From assembly GCA_963750165.1 (NCBI GenBank), contig CAVVPN010000004.1:352001-416000 (forward strand): DNA of 64,000 nt. The letters run 5' to 3'. The stretch is from an uncultured Gemmataceae bacterium. Lineage in GTDB: Bacteria > Planctomycetota > Planctomycetia > Gemmatales > Gemmataceae. The notes under the pieces are model-generated. The model did no database searches, was not told the origin of the DNA, and saw nothing but the letters and a program-made list of their open reading frames with translations. Shown here piece after piece: positions 51,901 to 59,225 of this stretch (positions are counted from its first letter, which is position 1; each line of letters starts with the position of its first letter). The position numbers were made by a program, and so were the translations under genes.

Positions 51901-54900
51901 TGGTGGCCTGGTCGCCGCTGGCAACGTAGATCAGGTTCGGGTTGGCCGGATCGACGACGATCTTGCTGACGGCCTTGCCGTTGAGCGGGTTGGGCACGGG
52001 GCCGCCGGTCAGCAGTGTCCAGGTCTTGCCCGAGTCGGTCGATTTGTAGACGCCGACGCCGTAGTACGAGTCGGTGGAGTTGTCGGCCTCGCCGGTGCCC
52101 AGGTAGATGACGCGCGGATCGCTGGGGGCGACGGCGATGGCGCCGGCGAAGACGACGCCGGTGCTCTCCTGGTCGAAGAGCGGCACCCAGGACTTGCCGC
52201 CGTCCTCGGTCTTCCAGGCGCCGCCGTCGGCCGTCGAGATGTAGATGACGCTGGCGTCGGAGGGGTCCACGGCGACGCCGGTGACGCGGCCGGTGACCGC
52301 CTGGCTGTTGGGCGTCTGGCCGCCGGTGATCGGCGCCGGGCCGACGTTGAACCAGCGGTCGGCGTTGGTCTGCACGGCGGGGGCGCCGTTGCCCTGGATG
52401 ATGAGCGGCTCGGCGGCGACGGTGATGTTGCCAAGCAGCTGAATCTGGGCGCCGTTGGCGACGACGGTGCCGCCAGCGCCGTTGCGGGTGATCGCCACCG
52501 CGACGGTGCCGGGGCCGCCGGCGGTCGCGGTCAGCTGCGGCTGACTGAAGCCGGCCAGGGTGCCGCCGAAGGTGACGCTGAACACGCCCGGGTTGGGCTC
52601 GCTCACGGTCACGCTGCCGCCGGCGCCGCCGATGGTGCTCAGGCCGTTCAGCGCCATCTGCAGGGCGGCGGTGTCGGTGCCGGCGGTGCCAGTGATCGGC
52701 ACGGCGGCCGTGGTCTGGCCGTTGAAGGTCAGCGTCAGGGTGGTGCCCATGCCGGCCCCGGTGAGGGTGACGCTCTGCTGTTCCGCGATGGCGCCGCCGC
52801 CCAGGGCCTGGCCGTTCTGCAGCGTCAGGACGCCCTGGTTGACGTAGGTGGTGCCGCGGTAGGTGTTGGCGCCGGCCAGGTCGAGTTCGCCGCCGCCGGT
52901 GAGCGTCAGGTCCGAGCCGGAGGAGGAGGCGTTGCCCGTGTCGTCGATGATGCCGTTGACCGTCAGCCGGGCGCCCAGCGGAATGTTGAAGGTCATGGCG
53001 TTGTTGAGCGAGATCGGGCCGTGCCACAGGTGATCGTCGGAATTGATGGTCAGCGGCAGGTCGCCGAAGGTGGTGTTGCCGGTGCCGTTGAGCGTCAGGT
53101 GCTCGCCCCAGACCGACAGGCCGGCGGTGACGCCGGCGTTGAACAGCGGGTTGCCGGGGTACAGCTCCAGGGCGGCGCCGGCCTCGACGGTGGTGCCGGC
53201 AGTGGCCGCCCCCAGGCCGGTGTTGTTCTGCAACCGGATCACGCCTTGCTGGATGTCCACGGGGCCGGTGTAGGTGCCGGGGCCCTGGATGATGAGCCGT
53301 CGCGAGCCCAGCTTGGTGATGCCGCCGGGCGTGGCGGCCGAGAAGTCGGACATGAAGCCGGTCAGCGTGAGTTCGCTGGCATTCGACGGCCCCAGCAGTT
53401 CGACGCCGATGCCGACGACGCCGTTGAGCTGGATGGTGCCGCTGAAGGTGTTGACACCACCCAGGCTCATCAGAGCGCCGTCCTGGCTGATGAGGCTGAA
53501 CGGATGGGTGATGCCCAGGCCGGCCAGGATGAGGTTGTTGGTCAGGTTGATGCTGCCGCCGGCGGTCAACGGCTTGACGTGCAGGGCGGCGCCGTTGAAC
53601 ACGGTGGTGACGAACTGGGCGTCGTCACCCTTGCCGGCGATGCGCGGCCCCAGGGCGCCGGGATCCTGGATGGTGATCCAGCCCTGCTGGATGTTGGTCG
53701 GGGCGGTGTAGCTGTTGGCGTTGGGCAGAATCAGCTGGCCGGTGCCGACCTTGTCGAACGTGACGGTGCCGTTGATACCGCCGGTGACCGTCAGGCTGTA
53801 GTCATTGGTGAAGTAGCTGTTGCTGGGCGTGGGGTTGGGGTCGGGGTCCACGCCGATGGCGGTGGCGGCGCCGGTGAGGGTGATGGCGCCGGTGTAGGTG
53901 TTGATGCCGCTGACGCTGCGCAGGGCGCCGCCCATGCCGCCGAAGCCGAGGCCGCTGATGCTCAGGGTGTTGGCAACGCTCAGGGTGTTGGTGGTGCCGG
54001 TCACTGAGTCGGGGATGTTGTCCACTTCCAGTTGCAAGGCGGTGCCGGTGTTGACCGTGACGGTGCCGGTGCCCAGGGCCTGCGAATCGCGGATATCGAC
54101 GATGCCGGCCGTGACGGTGGTGCTGCCGCGGTAGGTGTTGACGGTGGGCAGGATCAACTCGCCGGTGTCCACCTTGTTCAGGCTGGTGGCGCCGTTGGGA
54201 TCGGAGATGACGCCGGAGATCGTCAGCTTGGTGCCGGCGGCGGCGCCGATATTGCTGCTGGTGACGCCGGCGGCGCTGGACAGGATGACGTTGCCCGCCC
54301 AGGTGTTGTTGCCGTTGACGTTCTCCAGCGAGGCGACGCTGAAGCCGGTGCCGTTGAGCGTGAGCAGTTCGTTGCTGACGGTGAAGCCGGCGCCGGTGGG
54401 GTCGCTGAGTTGCAGCGTGCCGGTTTCAAAGATGGTCTTGTTGACGACGGTGCCGCTCTGCGGCGTATTGGTGCCGGCGGCGCCGAGGGCGTTCGGATTG
54501 CTCACGGTCAGGATGCCGTTGTTGATCGTGGTCAGGCCGTGGTAGGTATTGGCGGCGCTGAGGATGAGCTGGCCGGTGCCCTCCTTGGTGAGGTTGGCCG
54601 TGGTGGTGTCGCCAATCGAGCCCTTGACGTTCAGGGAACCGGCGGTGATGCCCAGGATGGTGTTGCCGGCCAGGGTGATGGTGCCGGTCCAGGTGTTGGC
54701 GCCGGTGACGTTGAGCAGGGCGCCGTCGTTGGTGATACCGCTGCCGAGGAGGATGACGTTGGCGGGGATGGAGCCGGCGACATTGTTGACCTGAAGCTGG
54801 CCGCCCTGGTTGACAGTGACGGTGTTGGTGCCGCCGCCCAGGGCCTTGGGAGCGGTGATGGCCAGGGCGCCGCCGTTGTTATCGACCAGGAAGGGGCCGG

Positions 54901-55465
54901 TGAAGCCGCTGTTGTCGGCGGACAGGGTCAGGGTGCCGACGCCCTCCTTGGCGAACTCCGCGCCGCTGGTGCCGGTCAGGCTGCCGGTGATGGTCAGGGT
55001 GGCGCCGAAATTGACGGTGAAGTTCTGCTGGCTGCTGGCGGCGCCGCCCAGGGTCATGTTCAGCCCGATGGTCTCGCCGGTGGCACCGCTGTTGACCAGG
55101 ACGAAGCCGGTGCCCAGGGCGGCGCTGCCCAGGGTGATGCTGTTGCCGGTCAGAGTGTAGCCGCTGCCCGAGAAGGTGATCGAATTAAAGACGGTGTTCG
55201 CGGCGAAGTCGTTGGTGGTGTTCAGCGACGATGGGCCACTGGGGAACAACAGGTCATCACCGGCGACCGGGGCGCCGCCGCTCCAGTTGGCGGCGCTGGT
55301 CCAGTTGGTATTGCCGGCGCCGCCGCCGCCGGTCCAGGAGTGGCTGGCGGGCGTCACGCGGGTTTCCAGCTGTTCCAGACTCAATCGGCGGACGGGTTGG
55401 CGATACGTCCTGGCTTGACGACCGAACAGCGACCGCAGCCAACGGCCCCAGAAGGATGGCGCCAT
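42986..55465 (-). CDS. Giant surface protein/adhesin (~4160 aa): LEPRxLL-like leader, autotransporter-associated beta-strand repeats, BNR/Asp-box propeller, ~10 Ig-like repeats, DUF4214-like C-terminal repeats
   Basis: LSLEQLETRVTPA; many LTKxGxGxLxLxxxNTYxGxT; SxDxGxTW Asp-boxes; GQPVTFTATV repeats; four YxxxLxRxxD repeats. Confidence 0.92.
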   Translation of the reverse strand: MAPSFWGRWLRSLFGRQARTYRQPVRRLSLEQLETRVTPASHSWTGGGGAGNTNWTSAANWSGGAPVAGDDLLFPSGPSSLNTTNDFAANTVFNSITFSGSGYTLTGNSITLGSAALGTGFVLVNSGATGETIGLNMTLGGAASSQQNFTVNFGATLTITGSLTGTSGAEFAKEGVGTLTLSADNSGFTGPFLVDNNGGALAITAPKALGGGTNTVTVNQGGQLQVNNVAGSIPANVILLGSGITNDGALLNVTGANTWTGTITLAGNTILGITAGSLNVKGSIGDTTTANLTKEGTGQLILSAANTYHGLTTINNGILTVSNPNALGAAGTNTPQSGTVVNKTIFETGTLQLSDPTGAGFTVSNELLTLNGTGFSVASLENVNGNNTWAGNVILSSAAGVTSSNIGAAAGTKLTISGVISDPNGATSLNKVDTGELILPTVNTYRGSTTVTAGIVDIRDSQALGTGTVTVNTGTALQLEVDNIPDSVTGTTNTLSVANTLSISGLGFGGMGGALRSVSGINTYTGAITLTGAATAIGVDPDPNPTPSNSYFTNDYSLTVTGGINGTVTFDKVGTGQLILPNANSYTAPTNIQQGWITIQDPGALGPRIAGKGDDAQFVTTVFNGAALHVKPLTAGGSINLTNNLILAGLGITHPFSLISQDGALMSLGGVNTFSGTIQLNGVVGIGVELLGPSNASELTLTGFMSDFSAATPGGITKLGSRRLIIQGPGTYTGPVDIQQGVIRLQNNTGLGAATAGTTVEAGAALELYPGNPLFNAGVTAGLSVWGEHLTLNGTGNTTFGDLPLTINSDDHLWHGPISLNNAMTFNIPLGARLTVNGIIDDTGNASSSGSDLTLTGGGELDLAGANTYRGTTYVNQGVLTLQNGQALGGGAIAEQQSVTLTGAGMGTTLTLTFNGQTTAAVPITGTAGTDTAALQMALNGLSTIGGAGGSVTVSEPNPGVFSVTFGGTLAGFSQPQLTATAGGPGTVAVAITRNGAGGTVVANGAQIQLLGNITVAAEPLIIQGNGAPAVQTNADRWFNVGPAPITGGQTPNSQAVTGRVTGVAVDPSDASVIYISTADGGAWKTEDGGKSWVPLFDQESTGVVFAGAIAVAPSDPRVIYLGTGEADNSTDSYYGVGVYKSTDSGKTWTLLTGGPVPNPLNGKAVSKIVVDPANPNLIYVASGDQATNATPGSATTGGVGVWRFNGTTWLNMTTTGPTDNAALMFPQTNATWSDVALSGGMLFAALGSASGPNSGDNAVYVCANPTSNTPSWIVGGFPTARGAGTIKIAVAGGTLYAASATTGGVLLDIQTSTDGGATWMAVPTAPSNYLGTQGNYDNAIVAVNASTVIVGGEETSAVTHAGHVLETTDGGMTWTDISVDTAGNGPHTNEHALVVDPNGNVIDANDGGVWRLNAATKLWTNLNGTGLAITQFNQAAVSPTNLNTAWGASQNNGIDEYTGSQTWAEVDKGTGTGVVVDPKNPLNVYDIINNSMGKSTTGGGSGSFTPNIVAGAVNTVHVDPINDNRIVVGIGGGILESTTGGASFVNLHLVANVTALSLAEYQGTFVADPGFPLITDQGANLYNPDTIYATDGTKVYVTKDHGQTWVTRGTTLGGSISDIEVDPRNRDTVYVTRNVFGGQEVFRSTDAGQTWINVTGNLPSVPVNKLLIDPRNGYVYLGTDNGVYLSTNNGNVWSRFGLGLPNVQVTDLELNQALNVLTAATHGRSLYQFTLDNLQPNSGALSAVSGSSVWAGPIMLAGDPVNNTVTINANGNQALPNGLSVAQLNLIGSITDLTPGSDPRLVKIGQGDVILGAANTYGGVTEVQQGQLVVQNPQALGAATATGNTVVDSGAALVLESSLQSEPITLNGNGFASNGHNTGALHNVSGTNYYTGALTLNTNSTIGVDSGSSLTIGPAPTLLGTGTITDNSANYNLTKEMGGLLVLSAANPYGGTTYVNQGVLQVQNAQALGGATNGVQVLDSAQLQLQTPSLGPLAGQPVVVTGKMLTLTGTGVFGTGALLDTGGNNTWAGPITLDSLPAFSPASLPVGVVAIDVTNATDTLTIGGAIGQGVTTGLSKVGAGRLVLTQTGTYGGTTYVSAGTLRIQDPGALGNTNTAAIQRVTIGGTPTGMFTLSFNGQSTAPLAFNATAVQVQTALANLSTIGVGNVTVTLATPTTTPANVDRIFTVTFTGTLTGAQPLLTVQGNGGLSAAVSTVADGGIGTLVSSGAALELDFDPLGVGASGTVTGENLVLNGSGPTPASAGALVNVSGNNTWASPITLQTNTAIGVNSNAQLTISGILQDPAPLPAPASTLTKLGTGTLALTAANTYTGVTLVNQGVVNVANAQALGLNTTELQTITVTGTSGSFTLGFNGQTTAALPVGASMAQVQTALDGLSTIGAGGVTVTQAGGVYSVSFSGPGLAMLNQSLLIGTAIGGGTSIVVTETTAGGQGGTVVARGATLQVQGNITVPVEALQLSGPGFNNAGALENVSGFTDTWAGPITLAANSAVGVDGAADTLTLSGAIGQSGGGSQGLTLVGPGIVVMTGTAANTYTGLTQVNQGILQLDKTDGVNALAGDLAVGNGQLLSTAFAQLLAGDQIADTSAVTVNSNGTFDLNDQTETVGALTVNDGLVTTGAGVHGSQEGQLTVASLNMTGGTVAASQAGSSVTLAGNVTATSDALGSATVNGLGTLALGNATPTFTVTTGPANLDLVVSTPITGTGTAGLTKAGAGSLELTNTETYPGTTTVQAGKLFVDGPTGQIGAVALAGGTLGGTGTVGAVTAAAGGGTLEPGTTATGVYAPGILTATGDATLNNATTYQVLLGGTTPGNTLSNYNQDNVTGAVNLGNANLAVTTVNGFTPAIGTPFVIMTATGGFTNGFGNALSGQPNNFITGGMKFSATVNSMATPPQLVLQRIRANTTTVISQVSPASPSVFGTAVTLTATVTTETGITPAYTGIVTFLDGSTILGTATPNSSGVATFTTAVDQLTGGMHSITAVYDQTGVDPFFVGSTSAAVSYTITTQTTTTTITTPSPGSSAAFGTPVTVTATVTPTVGMTEPTGTVNFYNGVIDPVHYLGGGNLANVGGTATASYTITAGQLTGGAHTILAAYAPLTDPNFSASRTTTGSAFTISKAATTTTVTGESPASPVFGQAVTLSATVTPTFGTTEPTGTVSFYEGSVSAANLLGTGTLVNLLGTATATFVTMSTQLAGGNHNVVAVYTAAATEINYSGSQTTTSFPFTVSRHTTVTAFTAATPSSQTLGQPVTFTATVTPTVGTVEPTGTVSFYNGVVDMAHLLGSGTLANVSGTATASYAESGSQLTVGPHTLIAVYTPAMNETNFSGSTSSNFAFSVGQATPTVAIIVSNPNPSTLGQAVTFTAHVTGTVNGFAPTSGTVVTFKDGSTTLGTGLLDGSGNATYMTSGTQLLGSVRTITATWAGDTNYVQATSPGFSQTVTQASSTTAITANTPNPSSYGQQTVTLMAHVTGSVAGYTPTVGSLVTFKDGSTPLGTAAVNASGNAIFVTTSSTQLNAGGHTITATWAGDTDYTASTSAGVSQTVNKANSTTTLTTSNASASYGVAVLTATVAPAPSGTAGVPDGTVTFTITGSGSSVGTTTVALTNGQATLVPQPGTYSITAAFNGGSSVNFNGSTSNTINQTVFVATPSVAVTSSLTPSAYGQPVTFTATVSAPGVVVPGGAVNFVIDGTTVASGVALNASGQAVYQTASLGVSATAHGVQVSYAGNGSFAAGSSALPGGQTVTRASTTVTLTPPTTSTVWGQPATFMATVTPASGTGPTGTVTFAVDGVAQVAVPVNGQGQATFTTKTLAVGARQITATYSGDGQFNGGSRSTVLIVNAASTKEALQLSVQSVAVGAALPFTVVVVPVAPGAGTATGMVTVYVDGTAMMQVGLNNGVATGTLTGLSQGTHTLFASYTGDNHFKSTNSGVVSETVTTVTQAFVEQAYLDLLQRPADPNGLAGWSSQLDAGLMTRTQVAQALMNSDEYRMLKVNQLYEQYLSRPADPMGLSGFVSFLRGGGTLEQVAAYLIGSPEYFNGHGGGSNDGFVKALYEDALGRPVDAPSEAYWDQVLSLHVPTSQIATAILSSAEYDTDLVMGFYQTFLRRAADTNGLNGNVKYLQGGGRDEIVIAALVGSPEYLKLVGG

Positions 55466-55575
55466 CAAGGCAACCCTCAAGCAAAGGAGGAAATGGATAA
55501 GGTGGGAAGCAGGTACCAGGTACAAAAACTTTTCCCGTGTACGCTACAACGTTCCCAGGTGCCACGCAAGGAAAA

Positions 55576-55592
55576 ACCCAAGGGAATCCGCG
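55576..55592 (-). repeat. Inverted copy of the 17-mer at 42764-42780
   Basis: ACCCAAGGGAATCCGCG is the exact reverse complement. Confidence 0.75.
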
Positions 55593-55848
55593 TTGCACCC
55601 CCGCGCAGGGGCGTTTATCTGGGCGATTTGGTAAGTGAGGAAGGATTGGCCTCGGCGCGAACGCGCTCCGATGAGTCGCGTTTCTGGTCCGGTTGAAACG
55701 GTGTGGGTTCCGGTCACACGCGCTTCATCGTATAAAGGCGTCTCTATCTTTACCACCGAATTGCTGGGAAGTTTCGTTAAATTTTGCCTGGTCTGCGCTG
55801 CGTGCCCGGCTCGGACGTTGGCGCGAAACGTAAACGAAGAAGGCCGCG

Positions 55849-58800
55849 TCACCGACTCGCCTTCAGGAACGCCACGAGGTCCGCCAGCTCCTGCCGCGAC
55901 AGCTGCTGATCCAGCCCCGACGGCATCACGGAGACGCGGCCGGGCCGCAGTTCCTCGATGTCGGCGCGGGCGATGCGCTCCTCCTTGTCGGCGGCCGGCA
56001 CCAGCATAATCTCGTCCGGCGCGTCGCGGCGGAGGATGCCGTTGTAGGTCTTGCCGTCCTGCGTGCGGACGTACACCGGTTCATAGCCGCGCACGAAGCT
56101 GGCGCTGGGGAAGACGATGGACTCCAGCAGGTCGCGCTCGGTGCGGATGCTGCCGATGCGCGTCAGGTCCGGGCCGATTTTGCCGCCGACGTAGCCGATG
56201 GTGTGGCACGCCATGCAGCTCGCCTTCGGGCTGTTGAAGACGATCTGGCCGCGGCGCACGTCGCCGGCCGGCAGCGATTTGATGAGGGTGTCGAGCCGGG
56301 CCTGCTGTTTCGCCACGTCCTCGCCGAGCGTGGCGAAGATCGCCTCCGCCTGCTTGCGGATGGCCGGGCTGTACTTCGCCAGGCGCGGCCGGGCCGATTC
56401 GGGCGTCAGCCAGGCACGGGCCTGCTTCGACTTCAGCGCCTCGACCAGGGCGGTGCCGACGGCCTCGTCGCCGCTGCGGGCGAAGGCGTCGAGGAGGCGG
56501 TTGGCCTCCATCGGCCCCACCGTCTTGAGCGACCGGGCCAGTTCGAGGAGTTGTTTGCTGTCGAGTTTGGCGCGGGCCAGCGTTTCCGCGGCCAGGCCGC
56601 GCTCGGCCGGCGGCCGGTCGCTGCGGAGGCGGTCGCGCAGGAAGTCGAACAGCTTGTCCTCGACGCGCGGCAGTCCGTCCGGCAGCGCGGCCAGGGCGGT
56701 CAGGCGCACCGCCGCGTCGGTCTTGTCGCGGGTGCCGACGTTCTGCAACGCCGCGACGAGCGCTTGAGGCCGCTGCTTCGGCCAGCGCACGGCGCGGGCG
56801 GTGGCGGCGGCGGTGGCCGTCACGTCCGCATCGCTGCTGTTAAGCGCCAATGTCAGCGCGGTAAGCCACGGCGAGGGAGTTTCCTTCATGCTCGCACGGG
56901 CCATCGCTTGAAGGGCCAGTCGGCGGGCTTCCTTCGGCACCGAGGCCCTGGCCGCCTCTTCGGCGAGCAACGATTGGATGGCCGGAGAGCGCGTCAGACG
57001 GACGAGTTGTTGCAGCAAATCTTCGCGCTCGCGGTCGGTCAATTTCGAGTCCGCGAGGCGCTGGCGGACGAAGCCGGAGAGCTTGGCGCCCCATTCGGGA
57101 TGGCGGCTGGCAATCCACCATGCAGTTTCGCGCAGGCGGGCGTCCGAGGCGGCTAATTCACGCGTCACCACTTCCGGGGTCAGTTCTTTCGCACCCATTT
57201 GATCGAGGGCGATCAAGGACGCACGACGGATGTGCGGGGAACGGTTTTCCAGTCCGCTAGCCGTCTGACTTGGGTTCGCGATTTCGATGAGCGCATAGAT
57301 CAATGAATGCTCCAGAACGCGGTCATTGTTCTTTGCGGAATTATCGACCGTTTTCAACAGCAAAGATGTGGCGATTTCGTCGAAGCCCTTGCCGAAGCTT
57401 TTGAAACGAGCCAATGCTTCCGCAGCGGCTCGCTGATTCTGTGGGCTCTTGCTATCAAGGTTCCAAAGCGCTTGAAACCAGAATCTAGAATCTAGCCGCA
57501 CAGCGATGGAATGCAGTGCCGCCTGGCGAACCGTTTCGTCAGCATCTGTCAACCTGGCAAAGTTGAATTCGCGAGCCTGGTCACCGTCGATTCGGGTGGT
57601 GGCCCACACAGCATTGCGGCGTACTTCAGCGTCGTTAGATAATCCCGCAACCCAGAGGGCAGTGAGGGCTTTTTCCCCCATCGCCCCCAACGTCTCCACC
57701 GCCCGCCGCCGCACTGCCGGCCGTGGGTCACCGAGCAACTTCGCCAACTCCTCTGGCTTGAGCTTCCTCCACGCCAGCTTCAGCCCGCGCGGATCATCCA
57801 CCTTCGGCATCCCCTTCTTGCGCACACGATAAATCGCGCCGCGCACGTCCGGCTTGACCAGCTGCGACGTGGGGCAGCACAGCTTGTACCAACCGCCGGT
57901 GTCCACGATCAGCAGGCTGCCGTCCGCGTCCTCGATCACGTCCGTCGGGTGGAAGTCCACGTTGTCGGAGACGACAAAATCCTCGTCGCGCGTCTTGAAG
58001 GTGGCGCCGTCGGGGATGAGCACGTGCCGCGTCACCTTGCGGAGGTTGAACAGCGCCGCGAACAGGTTGTTCTCGTACTCGCGGCCGAACGCCTTCGACT
58101 CGTAGCGGTGCAGCCCCGCCGGCGCCGCCGGGCCGAGGTGCGTCAGCACCGGCATCGTCGTCGGCCCCGTCCACTTGTGCTGCGGCTCGTGGATGACGTC
58201 CCAGTCCTTGCCGTAGACGCCGCCGTAGACCGCGTGGACGAGGCCGTCACGGCGGCCGTTGCCGGGGAACTGGAAGAACGTCGTCGTGAAGATGCGTTCG
58301 CCGCCGGGCGTGAACACCAGATCGACCGGGTTGTCCATGCCGCCGGTCATGACCGGCTCGACGCCGCTGCCGTCCGGCCGCGCGCGGAAGACGTGGGCGG
58401 CCCGCGTCTTGAAGGTGCCCTTGCCCGGCAGCTCATACGTCTGCGGCGCGAACGCGCCCTTGCACCAGTAAATCCAGCCGTCCGGGCCGCGATAGGGGCC
58501 GTGCAGGTCGTTGGCACAGCCGGTCAGCGTCTTGCCCTTGAACCACTCCTCGCGTTTGTCCGCGACGCCGTCGCCATCGGTGTCGGTCAGCTTCCAGATG
58601 CTCGGCGGCGCCGCCACGTACAGCGAACCGTTCAGCCACATCGTCCCCTCGGGGAACATCATCTTGTCGGCGAAAACGGTGGCCTTGTCGAATTTGCCAT
58701 CGCCGTCGGTGTCCACCAGGCGCACGATGCGGTGCGGCTTCTTCTCCAGCTGGACCGCCACCTTTTCGTTGGAGCCGGACGAATCGGAGACGTACAGGCG

Positions 58801-59025
58801 GCCCTGCTCGTCGAAGTCGGCGGTGATGGGCCGTTCGACCAGCGGCGGGCCGGCGACCAACTCGATCTCGAAGCCGGGCGGCAGCGTGAAGGTGTGACCG
58901 TTGAGCCGCACCTGGTTCGGCGCAGCGCCGGGCTGCTTTTTGTCGGGGGGCTGCTGCGTGCCCGGTATCGCGGCCGGGACGGCCAGCACCACGAGCGCGA
59001 CGATCCAGGTGGTTTGCTTCGCCAT
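55849..59025 (-). CDS. PVC-type heme-binding protein (glucose/sorbosone-dehydrogenase-like propeller, HEAT repeats, C-terminal cytochrome c)
   Basis: LPPGFEIELVA, DTDGDGKFD, CMACH...IGPDLT, SVMPSGL. Confidence 0.92.
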   Translation of the reverse strand: MAKQTTWIVALVVLAVPAAIPGTQQPPDKKQPGAAPNQVRLNGHTFTLPPGFEIELVAGPPLVERPITADFDEQGRLYVSDSSGSNEKVAVQLEKKPHRIVRLVDTDGDGKFDKATVFADKMMFPEGTMWLNGSLYVAAPPSIWKLTDTDGDGVADKREEWFKGKTLTGCANDLHGPYRGPDGWIYWCKGAFAPQTYELPGKGTFKTRAAHVFRARPDGSGVEPVMTGGMDNPVDLVFTPGGERIFTTTFFQFPGNGRRDGLVHAVYGGVYGKDWDVIHEPQHKWTGPTTMPVLTHLGPAAPAGLHRYESKAFGREYENNLFAALFNLRKVTRHVLIPDGATFKTRDEDFVVSDNVDFHPTDVIEDADGSLLIVDTGGWYKLCCPTSQLVKPDVRGAIYRVRKKGMPKVDDPRGLKLAWRKLKPEELAKLLGDPRPAVRRRAVETLGAMGEKALTALWVAGLSNDAEVRRNAVWATTRIDGDQAREFNFARLTDADETVRQAALHSIAVRLDSRFWFQALWNLDSKSPQNQRAAAEALARFKSFGKGFDEIATSLLLKTVDNSAKNNDRVLEHSLIYALIEIANPSQTASGLENRSPHIRRASLIALDQMGAKELTPEVVTRELAASDARLRETAWWIASRHPEWGAKLSGFVRQRLADSKLTDREREDLLQQLVRLTRSPAIQSLLAEEAARASVPKEARRLALQAMARASMKETPSPWLTALTLALNSSDADVTATAAATARAVRWPKQRPQALVAALQNVGTRDKTDAAVRLTALAALPDGLPRVEDKLFDFLRDRLRSDRPPAERGLAAETLARAKLDSKQLLELARSLKTVGPMEANRLLDAFARSGDEAVGTALVEALKSKQARAWLTPESARPRLAKYSPAIRKQAEAIFATLGEDVAKQQARLDTLIKSLPAGDVRRGQIVFNSPKASCMACHTIGYVGGKIGPDLTRIGSIRTERDLLESIVFPSASFVRGYEPVYVRTQDGKTYNGILRRDAPDEIMLVPAADKEERIARADIEELRPGRVSVMPSGLDQQLSRQELADLVAFLKASR

Positions 59026-59106
59026 GAGGGGGCCTCCCTACGGGCAGTGCGTGTTTCTTCCGATGTTCCGGCGATTGTACCGCCCAGGTCCGCTGGCCAC
59101 AAGCAA

Positions 59107-59209
59107 CCGCGGTCGTAGCGCCAGACTTCCGACCGGCGCTGCCGCGGTCGTAGCGGAAGTCGCCAGACTTCCGACCGGCGCTGCTCGGAAGTCTGGCGAC
59201 TTCCGCTAC
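59107..59209. repeat. GTAG-type REP doublet (59150-59209) preceded by a partial tandem duplicate
   Basis: GTAGCGGAAGTCGCCAGACTTCCGA and exact inverse; upstream copy lacks 7 nt. Confidence 0.85.
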
Positions 59210-59225
59210 ACCCATACGCAACGCG

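Noticed and set aside
55470..55840. c-di-GMP riboswitch or sigma54 promoter upstream of the adhesin
   Set aside because: No recognisable riboswitch consensus; TGGCAC lacks a correctly spaced TTGC (also true at 443 and 42704).
57170..57690. Diversity-generating retroelement variable region
   Set aside because: No reverse transcriptase or template repeat in the window, and the patch is internal and ~500 bp long.
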